A stretch of DNA of 63,962 nucleotides, the filler included, from Syncephalis fuscata S228 (taxonomy: Eukaryota > Fungi > Zoopagomycota), in assembly GCA_025786725.1 (NCBI GenBank). It is 4 parts of 4 records of this genome, joined end to end, with 100 filler letters (N's around TTAATTAATTAA, not from the genome) between each part and the next. Parts side by side here need not be neighbours in the genome. Positions count along the whole stretch, not along the records: positions 43,495 to 61,554 come from JAHLTZ010000187.1; 3 more parts are not named here. The stretch is one strand, 5' to 3'. The number at the start of each line of letters is the position of its first letter. The first letter of the stretch is position 1. The position numbers were made by a program, and so were the translations under genes. Under the pieces are notes generated by a model that saw only the letters and a program-made list of their open reading frames with translations, made no database searches and was not told the origin of the DNA. This document shows positions 46,681-59,720 of the stretch, in pieces.

Positions 46681-47891
46681 AAACGCATGATGTGGCCATA
46701 TTGGCGACAGCGGAAACAGCCGCCGTTTTGTCGTAACGTTTCGCGTTCAGCATCAGTGAGTGGGGGTAACCGATTAATGGTGTCTAGTTCCATTGGTATA
46801 GGGCCATTTCTTGGTTGTGTGTTAATCGGAGGGCGAAACTGTTGTTGTTGCGTTGGACGAGGTGTGTTATGGCGAACGTTGTTAGTTGATGATTTGCCAA
46901 TGTACTTGCGTAACGAATCAAAATGAGTAGCCACTTCTATGGCTGATTGTAATGTAGACGGTGTAGCTTTTTGTACTTCGTATTTAACTTCGTGATTCAG
47001 TCCATTAATAAACATAATACGTAAAGCTAACTGCCACATTTCGGAATCAGGCATAGGAAAAGTGTGCCTTAAATTGTTAAATTCTAACGTATAATCATTG
47101 ACACTTTTGTTGGCTTGTCGTAACATGTGAAGACGACTAAAAGCGTCTTCTTCTACCGAAGTACCGGGACAGATGTGTTGGCGTAGTGCGTGAGCAAACG
47201 CACTCCAAGTGGTATATGGATGACTATAGTCACCGTCAGAGTGAATAGTATTACTCTGCCACCAACTAGAGGCAGTGCCATCTAAATAAGTGGCGGCTAC
47301 TTCGATGCGTTCAATTTCATCAGGGATATACCTGACATATTGCCGTGCACGGTACAACCAAGTCTCTACTGAAATATCCTTATCATTGCCGTTGTATCGT
47401 GGCGGGGCAGATGGACGAGCAGTAGGAGGGGCAGTGACAGAAGTAGATGGAATAGCGGCAATAGCAGCGGCAGTATTGGCAGCGGCAGTAACAACAGCAT
47501 CGGCAGTAGCAGCATTATTTTGGGACACAATTTGCGTTACCAAACTTGAAATAAAGTCAGCGTTGGTAACGAAACTTGTGTTAGGCAATTCTGGGTTCAT
47601 AATGGGTGTTATTTCTTCTTGAGTATCAGTAGTGTATTCGTTCGTGTGGCTTGTGATCGGTGGTTCGTACTGGGTATCGGTGTATTCGTTCGTGTGGCTT
47701 GTGATCGGTGGTTCGTACTGGGTATCGGTGTATTCGTTCGTGTGGCTTGTGATCGGTGGTTCGTACTGGTTATCTGGGTATCGAAAGGTTACTGGTGGAT
47801 CTTGGATGAGTTCGTCGGCGAAAGATTGACGGGCTTGTTCGTGGTCGAAGTATTTCGCACCACGTCGTTGGTTCATATCACTGTAAGTCAA
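46644..47891 (-). CDS. gag: Gag (family A copy 1)
   Basis: YNG...[18 protein letters not shown]...[16 protein letters not shown] and [14 protein letters not shown] zinc knuckle. Three 16-aa repeats ([16 protein letters not shown]). Confidence 0.93.
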   Translation of the reverse strand: MTYSDMNQRRGAKYFDHEQARQSFADELIQDPPVTFRYPDNQYEPPITSHTNEYTDTQYEPPITSHTNEYTDTQYEPPITSHTNEYTTDTQEEITPIMNPELPNTSFVTNADFISSLVTQIVSQNNAATADAVVTAAANTAAAIAAIPSTSVTAPPTARPSAPPRYNGNDKDISVETWLYRARQYVRYIPDEIERIEVAATYLDGTASSWWQSNTIHSDGDYSHPYTTWSAFAHALRQHICPGTSVEEDAFSRLHMLRQANKSVNDYTLEFNNLRHTFPMPDSEMWQLALRIMFINGLNHEVKYEVQKATPSTLQSAIEVATHFDSLRKYIGKSSTNNVRHNTPRPTQQQQFRPPINTQPRNGPIPMELDTINRLPPLTDAERETLRQNGGCFRCRQYGHIMRFCPLNTGKVQHQ

Positions 47892-48271
47892 GGCAACGAG
47901 GTGGATAGGTTTAAACTACCCGTTGCTACCATATGTAACCGTTGATACAGCGAACTGTTGCGGTTACTACGAGTCACAATACAATAATGTATATAAAATA
48001 AAAATGAATATTGAAAGTGAACTAATGTCTTTATTTGTGGTCATAATCATACGCGTATTTATATTGTTCTATTGGATATATGGAATATCTAAGTAGAACA
48101 ATAAAAGAAAATAAAATAAAAATAAAAGAAAATAAAAGATAAAGATAAAACAATACGCGGTGGCGGAGTGTTAACTTCATCGTGGACCATGTGTGATGAT
48201 CGGTGTGTTTAAACACCGATCATAATGTCTAAAAATGGTAATAATAAATGAGAGGGAGAATTTTTGTTACA

Positions 48272-48431
48272 GAAAGCGTTTTCCAGGTGCGGGGAAATAA
48301 AGTAAGTCGTTGTATAATACATATCGGTTAGCTTCTTTTCTGAAAGCAATTGTTTGCTCATCAGACAAGCCAGTGGGTGTAGTGTGATTGTTGAGAAAGT
48401 TGATAATTTGTTGGTGTTTTGTTGCATCCAT
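48272..48431 (-). other. 160-bp inter-element segment encoding an integrase/Ginger-like N-terminus
   Basis: Minus strand reads MDATKHQQIINFLNNHTTPTGLSDEQTIAFRKEANRYVLYNDLLYFPAPGKRF, resembling the segment just before the HHCC domain in Ginger/Gypsy integrases. Confidence 0.5.
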
Positions 48432-51400
48432 TGTAACCGTAGATACAGCGAACTGTTGCGGTTACTACGAGTCACAATACAATAATGTATATAAAATAAA
48501 AATGAATATTGAAAGTGAACTAATGTCTTTATTTGTGGTCATAATCATACGCGTATTTATATTGTTCTATTGGATATATGGAATATCTAAGTAGAACAAT
48601 AAAAGAAAATAAAATAAAAATAAAAGAAAATAAAAGATAAAGATAAAACAATACGCGGTGGCGGAGTGTTAACTTCATCGTGGACCATGTGTGATGATCG
48701 GTGTGTTTAAACACCGATCATAATGTCTAAAAATGGTAATAATAAATGAGAGGGAGAATTTTTGTTACAATACCCCCCTCCCTCTCAGGCGCTTGTCCCA
48801 AGTGCTAATCGTATGTGTGTGGAGTGTTCGTATTGATTTAATAGTTCTTGAGCATTTTGCAAGTTTTCAATTGGCTCCCAAGAACTGTCATCTTTTGAGT
48901 ATCCTTTCCATTTTACTAAGTATTCCTCCACGTCATTCATCCCCACTTTTCTTGTTCTTCTACCTATTATTCTTTCCACTTCCCACTCAGCTTGTCCTTC
49001 AATCATTTCTGGCATAGGCATAGTAATTGCCGTTGGTCGTCCTGGAAATACGTTCGGATCTTTATACCTGGTAAGCTGAGAGATGTGTATAACTGGGTGA
49101 ATGCGCATGCCTGGTGGTAGTTCGATCTTGTACGCGGTCGGACTAATGACCTCTATGATAGTGTACGGGCCAGTTTTACGCGTACGAAGGGCGGAGTTTG
49201 ACTGTTCTGCTACGTGTCGTGGCATTGTGTGTCGTGTTGACAGCATTACTCGATCACCTATTTGGAAGGTGTCATCTCGACGTCGTTGGTTAGCATATTG
49301 TGCCTGTCTATCCTGAGCGTACGATATGTTGTCTTTTACCGCCTTTTGTATCGCTTCTAGTCGCTGTAAAAACTCCTCAGCTGCTGGTACTGTTATATTA
49401 TCGCTATCAGCTGGCATAGTCGTTGTTATTGGATGACGTCCATATACAGAGAAGAAAGGTGTAATACCAGTAGTAGCGTTAGTACTATTGTTATAGGCAA
49501 ATTCTAATGCAGGTAAGTATTTATCCCAATCATCTTGTTGTTGGCTAATAACATGACGTAACATTTCTTCGATGGTTCTGTTGGTTCGCTCAGTCTGGCC
49601 GTCAGTCTGTGGATGATTTGCAGTTGATCTGGCTAATTTAGTACCGGTAAATTCAAATAAGGCTTCCCAGAATCGGCTAGTAAATCGTGGGTCACGATCA
49701 GAGATTATGGATCGTGGAAGACCATGTAGACGATATACATGGTCGAAGTATAGTCGTGCGGTGTCAACAGCTGTGACAGTGTTGGTAGTAGGCACGAAGT
49801 GGGCTTGTTTACTAAAGCGGTCAACTACTACCATTAACGCATCTGCACCTTTTTCAGTGAGTGGTAGATGTGTAATAAAATCCATACTAACTGAGTCCCA
49901 TGCATGTGCAGGTATTTCAAGTGGTTGTAATAAGCCACCTGGTCGTCGATTAGTGGCCTTATTACGTTGGCAAGTATCGCAGGAAGTGACATAGCGGTGG
50001 ACGGTGTTGTGTAGTGATGGCCAGTAAAAATGGCGATGAATAGCCAGGTATGTTTTATCTACACCTAGATGGCCGGCTACGATGGCATCGTGATGATCGT
50101 GTAGTATATCTTGACGTAATTGGTTATTTTTAGGTACACATAATCGATCACCGTTGAAATATAACAATCCATCAGTTAGTCGATACTTGACTAACTTGGT
50201 ACGAAGAGCTGGAAGTGGCGTTGTCGTATTAAGCTGGGCGTATATTTCACCAAAGTCAACATCGTTGGCGTACAAGTTTTTAATTTGATCAATATATGTA
50301 AAACTGACAGTAGTTAAACTGGACAGTTGTAAATCAGGCCGTCTGGATAATGAATCGGCTACAATATTGTTTTTCCCGGGCTTATATTCGATCAATACGT
50401 CATATTCTTGTAATAGTTCTGACCATCTTGCTTGTCTGGTTGATAAATTCGGTTGACTCTGGAAGTACTGCAAGGTTTTATGGTCAGTATACGCGTGAAA
50501 TGACGATCCATGTAAGTAGTGGCGCCAAATCTTTAAAGCATCTATTAATGCTAATAGTTCTTGTTCATGTACCGGATAATTGCGTTCAGCGGGCTTCATT
50601 TTGCGCGAATGATAAGCAATGGGGTGCCAATGGCCATCACGATCTTGCTGCAACAAGGCAGCACCTACAGCAAAGCCAGAAGCATCGGTTTCTACACGGA
50701 AAGGCTGATGTACGTCGACTATTTGTAATACTGGAGCTTGGGTCATTGTCTTCTTTAGTATATCAAATGATTTTTGAGCTTCAATGGTCCATAAGAAACG
50801 ACGATCTTGACATAGTAGATCGGTAAGTGGTGTGGCTATAGCAGAGTAATTTTTAATAAACTTTCTATAGTAGTTGGCCAAGCCTGTAAAAGCGCGTATA
50901 TCAGTGACGTTTCGTGGTGTAGGCCAATCAGAAATGGCCTTTATCTTAGCTGGATCAGCTTTTACACCATTAGCACATAGCAAATGGCCTAAATATTCAA
51001 CTTCATCTTTAAATAATTCACATTTTGACCATTTGGCGTATAAGTGGTTGTCGCGAAGTATTTGTAATACTTGGCGTAGGTGTCGTTCGTGGTCTTCTGG
51101 TGTTTTACTGTAGATGAGAATATCGTCCAAATAGACAATAACACATTTGTCTAGTAATGGCCTAAATAGATAGTTTACCAGTGTTTGAAAACTGGATGGT
51201 GCATTACTTTGACCAAAACTAACTACTAGCCATTCAAAGTGACCATAGCGGGTGCGAAAGGCCGTCTTGGGTATATCCTCTTCTACTACACGTAGTTGAT
51301 GATAAGCAGAGCGTAGATCTATCTTAGAAAAGACAGTTGCGCCTAACACTTGGTCGAATAAATCTTCAATCCTTGGCAATGGGTACTTGTTCTTGATAGT

Positions 51401-53993
51401 GATTTTATTCAGCGCTCGATAATCAACACACATGCGCATACCACCATCTTTCTTCTTGACGAAAAGAACAGGCGCACCGTAGGGCGATATACTAGGACGA
51501 ATATATCCCGCGTCAAGTAATTCGGTAAGTTGTGTTTTAAGTTCTTTAAGTTCCAGAGGGGACAATCGGTATAAGGCGTTACTGGGTGGTGTTGCGCCTG
51601 GTATCAAATCGATACGATGATCTAATCCATCACGTTTTGGCGGCAATTGTTTCGGTAGTTTGTCGGGAAATACGTCAGCAAAGTCGTTGCGTAATCCAGT
51701 CAATACTGGAGTGATGGATGGGTCATTTGAGTGATTAGCAGCTTCATTTAGCGGATTATCGGCTGGTCGTACAATGGCTAGGTGTAATTCATCTGTTCGT
51801 TTAGCATAGCGTTTAAATTGTAAGGCAGATAATGGCAATATGGTTGGTTGTCTATGTGCATTTGCTTGCCATACAATGTGTCGATTATCATGCATAAACG
51901 TAACAGTGTTAATTAACCAATCTATCTGTGGATTATAGCGGGCTAGCCACGGTTTACCGAGTATTACGTCGTGTTCTAAAGGAACAACCAAAACGATAAA
52001 CGGTCTTTGTAACCAGTGGAAGTAAGGAGCGCACCAGCCAGTTGGCGGTCACACGTATACGAACGGCCATCTGCCACGTGTACGGTCGATGGGTATTTAA
52101 CTTTATGGGTGTGTGCGCGAATATGTTTCACAAGATTTGCGGATACAAAGTTATCAGCTGCTCCACTATCTATTAGTACCGTAACTTTTCTACCTAATAA
52201 ACGAGCATTGATACGTAATAAATCGTGAGCGTGTGGATTTTGACAATAAACTTTGTTCCTTTAAAAGTGCATCAGTGTCATCAACAACATTAGCATGAGG
52301 AAATAATGGCGCAGAAACAAGCAATTCATCATCAGAAGTAAGCGAGAGAAGATCGGGGGTGGCATCAACAGAAATAGTATTTAGTTGGGCACCAGTAGGT
52401 TGTGATGCTGACACTACTGGTGCTGGACTTTTCCCGTATTCAAAGGACAAAAACGCATGATGTGGCCATATTGGCGACAGCGGAAACAGCCGCCGTTTTG
52501 TCGTAACGTTTCGCGTTCAGCATCAGTGAGTGGGGGTAACCGATTAATGGTGTCTAGTTCCATTGGTATAGGGCCATTTCTTGGTTGTGTGTTAATCGGA
52601 GGGCGAAACTGTTGTTGTTGCGTTGGACGAGGTGTGTTATGGCGAACGTTGTTAGTTGATGATTTGCCAATGTACTTGCGTAACGAATCAAAATGAGTAG
52701 CCACTTCTATGGCTGATTGTAATGTAGACGGTGTAGCTTTTTGTACTTCGTATTTAACTTCGTGATTCAGTCCATTAATAAACATAATACGTAAAGCTAA
52801 CTGCCACATTTCGGAATCAGGCATAGGAAAAGTGTGCCTTAAATTGTTAAATTCTAACGTATAATCATTGACACTTTTGTTGGCTTGTCGTAACATGTGA
52901 AGACGACTAAAAGCGTCTTCTTCTACCGAAGTACGGGACAGATGTGTTGGCGTAGTGCGTGAGCAAACGCACTCCAAGTGGTATATGGATGACTATAGTC
53001 ACCGTCAGAGTGAATAGTATTACTCTGCCACCAACTAGAGGCAGTGCCATCTAAATAAGTGGCGGCTACTTCGATGCGTTCAATTTCATCAGGGATATAC
53101 CTGACATATTGCCGTGCACGGTACAACCAAGTCTCTACTGAAATATCCTTATCATTGCCGTTGTATCGTGGCGGGGCAGATGGACGAGCAGTAGGAGGGG
53201 CAGTGACAGAAGTAGATGGAATAGCGGCAATAGCAGCGGCAGTATTGGCAGCGGCAGTAACAACAGCATCGGCAGTAGCAGCATTATTTTGGGACACAAT
53301 TTGCGTTACCAAACTTGAAATAAAGTCAGCGTTGGTAACGAAACTTGTGTTAGGCAATTCTGGGTTCATAATGGGTGTTATTTCTTCTTGAGTATCAGTA
53401 GTGTATTCGTTCGTGTGGCTTGTGATCGGTGGTTCGTACTGGGTATCGGTGTATTCGTTCGTGTGGCTTGTGATCGGTGGTTCGTACTGGTTATCTGGGT
53501 ATCGAAAGGTTACTGGTGGATCTTGGATGAGTTCGTCGGCGAAAGATTGACGGGCTTGTTCGTGGTCGAAGTATTTCGCACCACGTCGTTGGTTCATATC
53601 ACTGTAAGTCAAGCAACGAGGTGGATAGGTTTAAACTACCCGTTGCTACCATATGTAACCGTAGATACAGCGAACTGTTGCGGTTACTACGAGTCACAAT
53701 ACAATAATGTATATAAATAAAAATGAATATTGAAAGTGAACTAATGTCTTTATTTGTGGTCATAATCATACGCGTATTTATATTGTTCTATTGGATATAT
53801 GGAATATCTAAGTTAGAACAATAAAGAAAATAAAATAAAAATAAAAGAAAATAAAGATAAAGATATAAACAATACGCGGTGGCGGTCGTGTTAACTTCAT
53901 CGTGGACCATGTGTGATGATCGGTGTGTTTAAACACCGATCAATAATGTCTAAAAATGGGTAATAATAAATGAGAGGGAGAATTTTTGTTACA
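48432..53993 (-). mobile_element. Ty3/Gypsy chromovirus family A, copy 2, full length
   Basis: 3' LTR 48432-48769, PPT GAGGGAGGGGGG at ~48773-48784, pol 48785-52450 ending in a chromodomain (EWEVERII...EYLVKWKGY...SWEP), gag 52414-53612, PBS 53634-53651, 5' LTR 53654-53993. Small indels at ~52239 and ~52935. Confidence 0.97.
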
Positions 53994-56900
53994 ATAATTC
54001 TTTTCGGCTGCCTGTAATATACGTGACATAAATGCAACAGGATGTTCATTATTATCGGTTATTTGTGATAATACTGCACCAATTGCATAATCAGATGCAT
54101 CTGTAGTAACGATAAATGGTGCATTAACATTTGGTATAACCAATACCGGTGCTGTAACTATCGCATTACGTAGTGTGTCAAATGCTGTTATTTTGATTAT
54201 CTCCCATGTGAATGGCTCATCATTCTTAGTCAATTGACTTAAATGCCGTGCAGTATCAGCATATCCACGAATAAACCGTCTATAATAGCCAGTTAATCCG
54301 AGGAAAGAGCGCAGTTCTTTCAGATTGTTTGGTATAGGCCAATTTGCAATAGCCATTACTTTATCGTGTAGTGGTCTTATACCCTCGCCACTAACAATAT
54401 GTCCCAAAAATTCCACCTCATCTTTACCAAATTCACATTTGCTTAATTTGGCATATAATTTGTTTTCTCTTAGTAATTGTAACACTTGCCGTAAGTGCCA
54501 CTCATGTTCGGTATGATTTTTACTAAATATTAAAATATCATCCAAAAATACCACTACACACTTGTCTAGTAATTTATGAAATACATTATGCATTAATCGC
54601 ATAAATACTGACGGTGCATTAGTCAATCCAAATCCCATCACCGTCCACTCATAATGCCCATAGCGCGTTCTAAACGCTGTTTTGTGAATATCATCCTCAT
54701 TTACTCTTATTTGATGATATCCACTTCTCAAATCTATTTTTGAGAATACTTTCGCCCCATGTAACTGATCGAATAATTCATCGATCAGTGGCAACGCATA
54801 ACGATCACGAATTGTTTGTGCGTTTAACATTCTGTAATCCACACACATACGTAAATCACCTCCTTTCTTCCGCACAAATAGTACAGGTGCACCAAATGGT
54901 GATGTACTAGGCCTAATAAAGCCTTTTTCTAACAAATCATCGATCTGTTTCTTCAACTCGTCTAACTCTTTCTTTGCCAGATGGTATGTAGGCCGAAATG
55001 GTGGCTGCTGATGTGGCACCAAATTGATACGTATATCAATGTCTCTTTTTGGTGGTAAACCAGGTGGTAATTCTTCTGGTCCAACATCGGCAAATTCACC
55101 CAACAATCGCGCGTAACGGCCATTTAACGATGTATCATTTTTTTCTTTGTTTTCTTTTATCATCGCTAATAAAATCATATCATTGGCTTCTGTTTGCTCG
55201 ACTTCTTCTATTGACATGAATGAAGGCTGAATTTTGTCGGTAATTTCTAATGTACTTTTGGGTGCTGAATTACAATTAGAATTAATAACACCGGTCTTCC
55301 AATCTACTTGCGCTTCATGTTTTCTTAGCCATGGCATACCCAGCACTGCATTATAGTTGCCCAATTTCATAATAGTAAAATCAATTTGTTCTTTCAGATA
55401 ATTGAAAATAATAGGCACTTTATTAGCAGTACCAGATACACCGCACTCCATACCATTTCCCAACTTTACATTGGCTGAATTTGCTTGTTTCGTAACATGT
55501 ACTTGAGCCCTCTTGGCAAATTCAATATCCATAAAGTTGGTGGATGCACCAGAATCGATTAATACATGGGCTGGAACACCATTGATTTTGAGTGCTACTG
55601 TAATTAAACCGGAGCTAGCGCGACCTTGAATGAGTGTAGACTGCTCAAATCCGGGTGGTATCGGAGTATTAGCGGCAACCTGGCCGTCAGTAAGTGTGCC
55701 GCACTTAATTACTGACGGTTGTCGTTTCCCTGAATTACGTTGTTGTTTGCTTGGACGTCGACATTTGTTGATTGTAAATCTAAGCTGTTAGATTGCTGTT
55801 GATTGTTGTTATCGCGGTTATTGTAATTACGGTTGTTATTGCGATTACAATTTCTGGCTAGATGGCCACGTTTGTTACATGTGTAACATCTAGGCCCGTT
55901 ATTGTAATTTTTACGGTTATTGTAATTACTGCTGTTGCTATTATTAATAAAACCTAAACTATTTAAAGCTTGGACTATAGTATCTAAATCCATTGGTGTT
56001 GGGCCGTTATTAGATTTAGTTGGTGGTGGTATTAAGTGTTGTAATCCATGTTTCCTTGAGTAATAGAAAGCACGTGTGGAAGCGTAAGCTTCGTTGATAT
56101 TGGTGGGTTTATTATGTATCGAATCGGTTAAGTATTCCGGCGGCAATGTAAGTCGAAATGCCGTAACCAATTCCATGTCAGCGGCATCTGGAATTCGACT
56201 ACGCAGTGCTGTGAAATTTGTAATATGTTCTTCAATGTCTTTATCTTCTGTCCAGCGCAATCGTGTGAGTTCCAAACGCGCGATGTCCGCTGATCGATTG
56301 CCACCAAAACGTTCTAAAATTCCGTCCCTTAGTTGTTCCCACGTGCTATATGGCGTATTACCGCCGCGTATCGATTGATACCAAACTGCCGCTGGTCCCG
56401 ATAGTTGTTGGGACGCCATTATACGTTTTTGTTCGTCTGTAAATGTACCCAATTCCCATGCGTCTTCTACCATGTTACACCAATGTTCCACAGGCAAACT
56501 GGAATCACCGGTGAACTTTTCGGTGTGTGTGAGTGGTGAGCGGGAATTCGGTGAGAATAAAATCGGTCTCAACGTGTACTATATACTGAATCGTAATTTT
56601 AAAACAGCGGTGCTTATTTTCAAACACTGATAAGCAAAAATAAAATAAAATTGAAAAGAGGACAATGCGACAAACGCGATATACGGTGCGACAAACGCAA
56701 AATAACGGTGCGACAAACGCAAAATAAACGGTGCGACAAACGCAAAAATAAACGGTGCGACAAACGCAAAAATAACGGTGCGACAAACGCAAAATAAACG
56801 GTGCGACAAACGCAAAAATAACGGTGCGACAAACGCAAATACTAGTAACTACCCGTTGCTACCAATGTAACAACCGTAAAATAGGATATAATGGAATAAA

Positions 56901-57036
56901 GATTATCTTTTATTAAACAGAAATTGTGTGTTATTTATAAGCTTTGCGGAGCTTTAATTTAAGGTGTTGTGGGAAAATAATTGCATAATATTTAAATTAT
57001 ACAATTATTTCCCGTAACGAATATAATATCGTTACA
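53994..57036 (-). mobile_element. Ty3/Gypsy family B, 5' half (interrupted in RNase H by the family A LTR)
   Basis: 5' LTR 56866-57036 (TGTAAC...GTTACA, 171 bp), PBS 56847-56864, gag 55709-~56572 (PTPMDLD, CYTCNKRGHLARNC), pol with LIDSGAS, FLDD and TDAS, breaking at ...AAEKNY|LTR. Confidence 0.95.
56666..56838. repeat. ~22-23-bp tandem repeat in the family B 5' leader
   Basis: About 8 units of (A)ACGGTGCGACAAACGCAAAAATA. Confidence 0.95.
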
Positions 57037-57210
57037 GGATGTTATTTCTTTTTGTGACAGTAGTATTCGTTGGTGAAACTTGTGATCGGTTGTTCGTAAT
57101 GGGTATTGGTGTGTTGAGAAATCACTGGTAGATCTTGGATGAGTTTGTCAGCAAAAGCGGGGCTTGTTCGTGGTTAAAGTATTTAGCACCACGACGTTGA
57201 TTCATATCTG
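57037..57210 (-). pseudogene. Older, diverged homologue of the family A gag 5' region
   Basis: GATCTTGGATGAGTT...GGGCTTGTTCGTGGT..AAGTATTT.GCACCACG.CGTTG.TTCATATC aligns with 47600-47880. Confidence 0.75.
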
Positions 57211-57852
57211 TTGTAGTAAACAGTTGGTTCAATAGGAAACAATTGGATATGAGATAAATGGATAATGATTTTGTTTATGTAGTAAATTGTTGCTGTATTT
57301 ATAGCAATGTAAGTGTATGTAGAAAATACTCGTTTCATTGTAATGGAATGTTGTCGAATGTTTATTGATGTCATAGGACATCAAAAACATTGGGAAATCT
57401 AGATTTCATATTTTGCTTACTATATTTAGTAATTATGATCGGGAAGATCAGGGTGACGTAATAATCCCAAATGTCATAAATGCTGAGTTGTGAATCTAAA
57501 AATAGAATTTTAACAAAAATAAAGTAGCTGATAATGCCTATTAAAAATACTAAATTATGTGCTCTTTTATAGTAAAATGAGCTAAGATTAAGAGGTATTT
57601 GTAAAGAAAGAACTTGTTTGTTCCTTCCTTTTAATATTGTATATGGGTATTAAGTTACTTAAAGTAAATTAGTACCCATGTTCTGTACTTAATATGTTAG
57701 TTGGGGGTACTAGCCGCGTGTTAAGTAAAAGCTACACAAATGTTGTACCTGACTAGATCACGTGACTAGATGCCAAATTAATTATAATTACCATATTTGG
57801 TAATAGATAAATAATTCAATCATGTGATCAAATTATTATTATTAGTGCCTTC

Positions 57853-58593
57853 GTAACAATGTGATGGTGGCGTCCACGTCATTTTGAACCACAGCGATAG
57901 CATATGTGGGGTATAGATTTTTTGCCGTTGTTTTTGGTGCTATACCAAAGACCAATTCGAATGGCGAATAACCAATAGTGTCTTGTCTTCGACTGTTATA
58001 TTGGTGGGTGATTTGCGGTAGTAATCGATACCAATGTGTCGTGGATGGTCGATCGGTGGCATATTTAGCTAATAGTTCTTTGAGTTTACGATTTGTGCGT
58101 TCAACTAGTCCATTAGTTTGAGGGTGATATGGGCTAGATTATGCGTGTGTAATGTCGTGTTTTTCTAGCAATTTTTTTACTGATCCAGTAAATTCTTTAC
58201 CATGATCTGTAAGTATTTCAGACGGAATACTGTGACGATTCAAAATTTCTCTTCAATAAACTGAGCAACTCTAGCAGCTGTATTGGCTCCGATAGCTCTA
58301 GTTTTAATCCATTTGGTCAGATAATCGATAGCAACAACAATGTATCGTTTGTTGGTTGAACTACGAGGTAGTGTAATTAAATCAATACCGAACCGGTGAA
58401 ATGGTGCAATAATGGGTATTGGTTTTAATGATTGTACGTGTCGTATTTGCGTCCTTAATTGGCAGTTACAACAGCCTCGAATATATGCTTGTATATCGCT
58501 GTCCATTTATGTCCAAAAATAACGGCGTTTAATTAATTCACACGTACTATGATTGGCAAAGTGTCCTGCTTCATCATGGTGTAGTTGTAATAG
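57853..58593 (-). pseudogene. Degenerate rve integrase (Gypsy/Ginger-type)
   Basis: HHDEAGHF...RRYFW..MDSDIQAYIRGCCNCQ (HHCC), FGIDLI, IDYLTKW, ILTDHGKEF, YHPQTNGLVERTN. Frameshifts and a stop. Confidence 0.85.
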
Positions 58594-58839
58594 TGTAACT
58601 AATATTGTCGCACTTTTAACACTTGGTTTATCGTAACAAGAAAGTTGTTATCATTTTACTTGTTACGCAAACGCTACATGTTACAATTATAATCATACAT
58701 TAATTGTTTTTTGTATGGTTATAATTCTATTATTTCGTACTAATTATTAAATGTAAGCTTAGTCTAACAATCACTGCTAGACTGAGATAATCAGAAAAGA
58801 CTCTAAATTCAGTAATAAAGAGAATAAATTTAAAGTAAA

Positions 58840-59720
58840 AAATACTTGTACCATTTTGTCGCGATCTGTCCATTCATGTCTTCTAGCATCTCGTTCAAAT
58901 TGTATTAGCCATAAAATTGGATATTCGTTCTGTACTGTTCCTTCAAATGGCAAAATGTTACTGCCTACTTTTAGCGTAATTTGATAATTTGATATTAGCG
59001 CGTGATAATCGTATTCTTAATTATTAAATATTGCTGGTACTTATTGGCAAGTATATTCCTTTTTTTTACTGAAATGATGGCAAATTAATATGTTGATTTA
59101 GTGGTGGTTGACTATTGGCGTTTAATACACTTCTTGGGTCGGGAAGTATAAGCTGTGTGTTAGCGGTTGGTCTTAAACCGTAATCTCTATTAAAACTAGT
59201 AGTCGACTGTTTCTCTTTCCTACTTTTAATAATAAAATACAGTTGTTTATCTACTTTAATAAATAGTGATTCTTTTATCTTTTGTTCCATTCCGTCTGCT
59301 ACCATGTCCTTAATTCCATCTCTACCTAAGTCTACTGCCATTTGACCTAAAAAATGGGCTAGTGATAATACAAATCGTTTCATATCTGTCTGGTCACCTT
59401 TTCGCGCATGGATGCGATTATAGAACTCCATGCTAATATTGATTTGTCTAGGCTGCCTGTGCAGTTCATATTTTGTATGAATAATAGTATTCTGCCGCGT
59501 AGTGATTCTAACTCTTTTGGGACGTCTTTTATGAAAGCTGAATTATATACTTCTTCGGTGTTATCGTCAGTTAGTTGACTAACAATAAGTTAAGTGTATT
59601 TTATATTTTTGCATTGTCTCGTGTTTGGATGGTCCAAGCGGTGGCCTTTTTAACGCGTCTTTAGTTGGACCATCCATTGTACCATATCTTGTTCTTTTAG
59701 TACCAAGAGATCTTTCGGGA
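58840..59720 (-). pseudogene. Degenerate retrotransposon gag-like remnant
   Basis: LPFEGTVQNEYPILWLIQFERDARRHEWTDRDKM at 58850-58960 matches the Gypsy capsid pattern F.G...P..WL..FE..A....W.D..K. The upstream ORF 59066-59431 is unassigned. Confidence 0.5.

Larger units (their letters stand above)
43495..48271 (-). mobile_element. Ty3/Gypsy LTR retrotransposon family A, copy 1 (3' end lost in the gap)
   Basis: 5' LTR 47934-48271 (TGTAAC...GTTACA, 338 bp), PBS 47914-47931, gag 46644-47891, and pol with PR (LIDSGA), RT (YLDD), RNase H (TDAS) and IN (HHCC, DDE). Confidence 0.97.

Noticed and set aside
43552-53720. Many plus-strand ORFs and the 61-aa LTR ORFs (48031-48216, 48529-48714)
   Set aside because: These are antisense shadows of gag/pol or low-complexity LTR sequence, duplicated only because the element is duplicated.
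56505-56838. Three overlapping ORFs and a CRISPR-like look in the 22-23-bp repeats
   Set aside because: Head-to-tail repeats without unique spacers in a retrotransposon leader; the ORFs are repeat artefacts.
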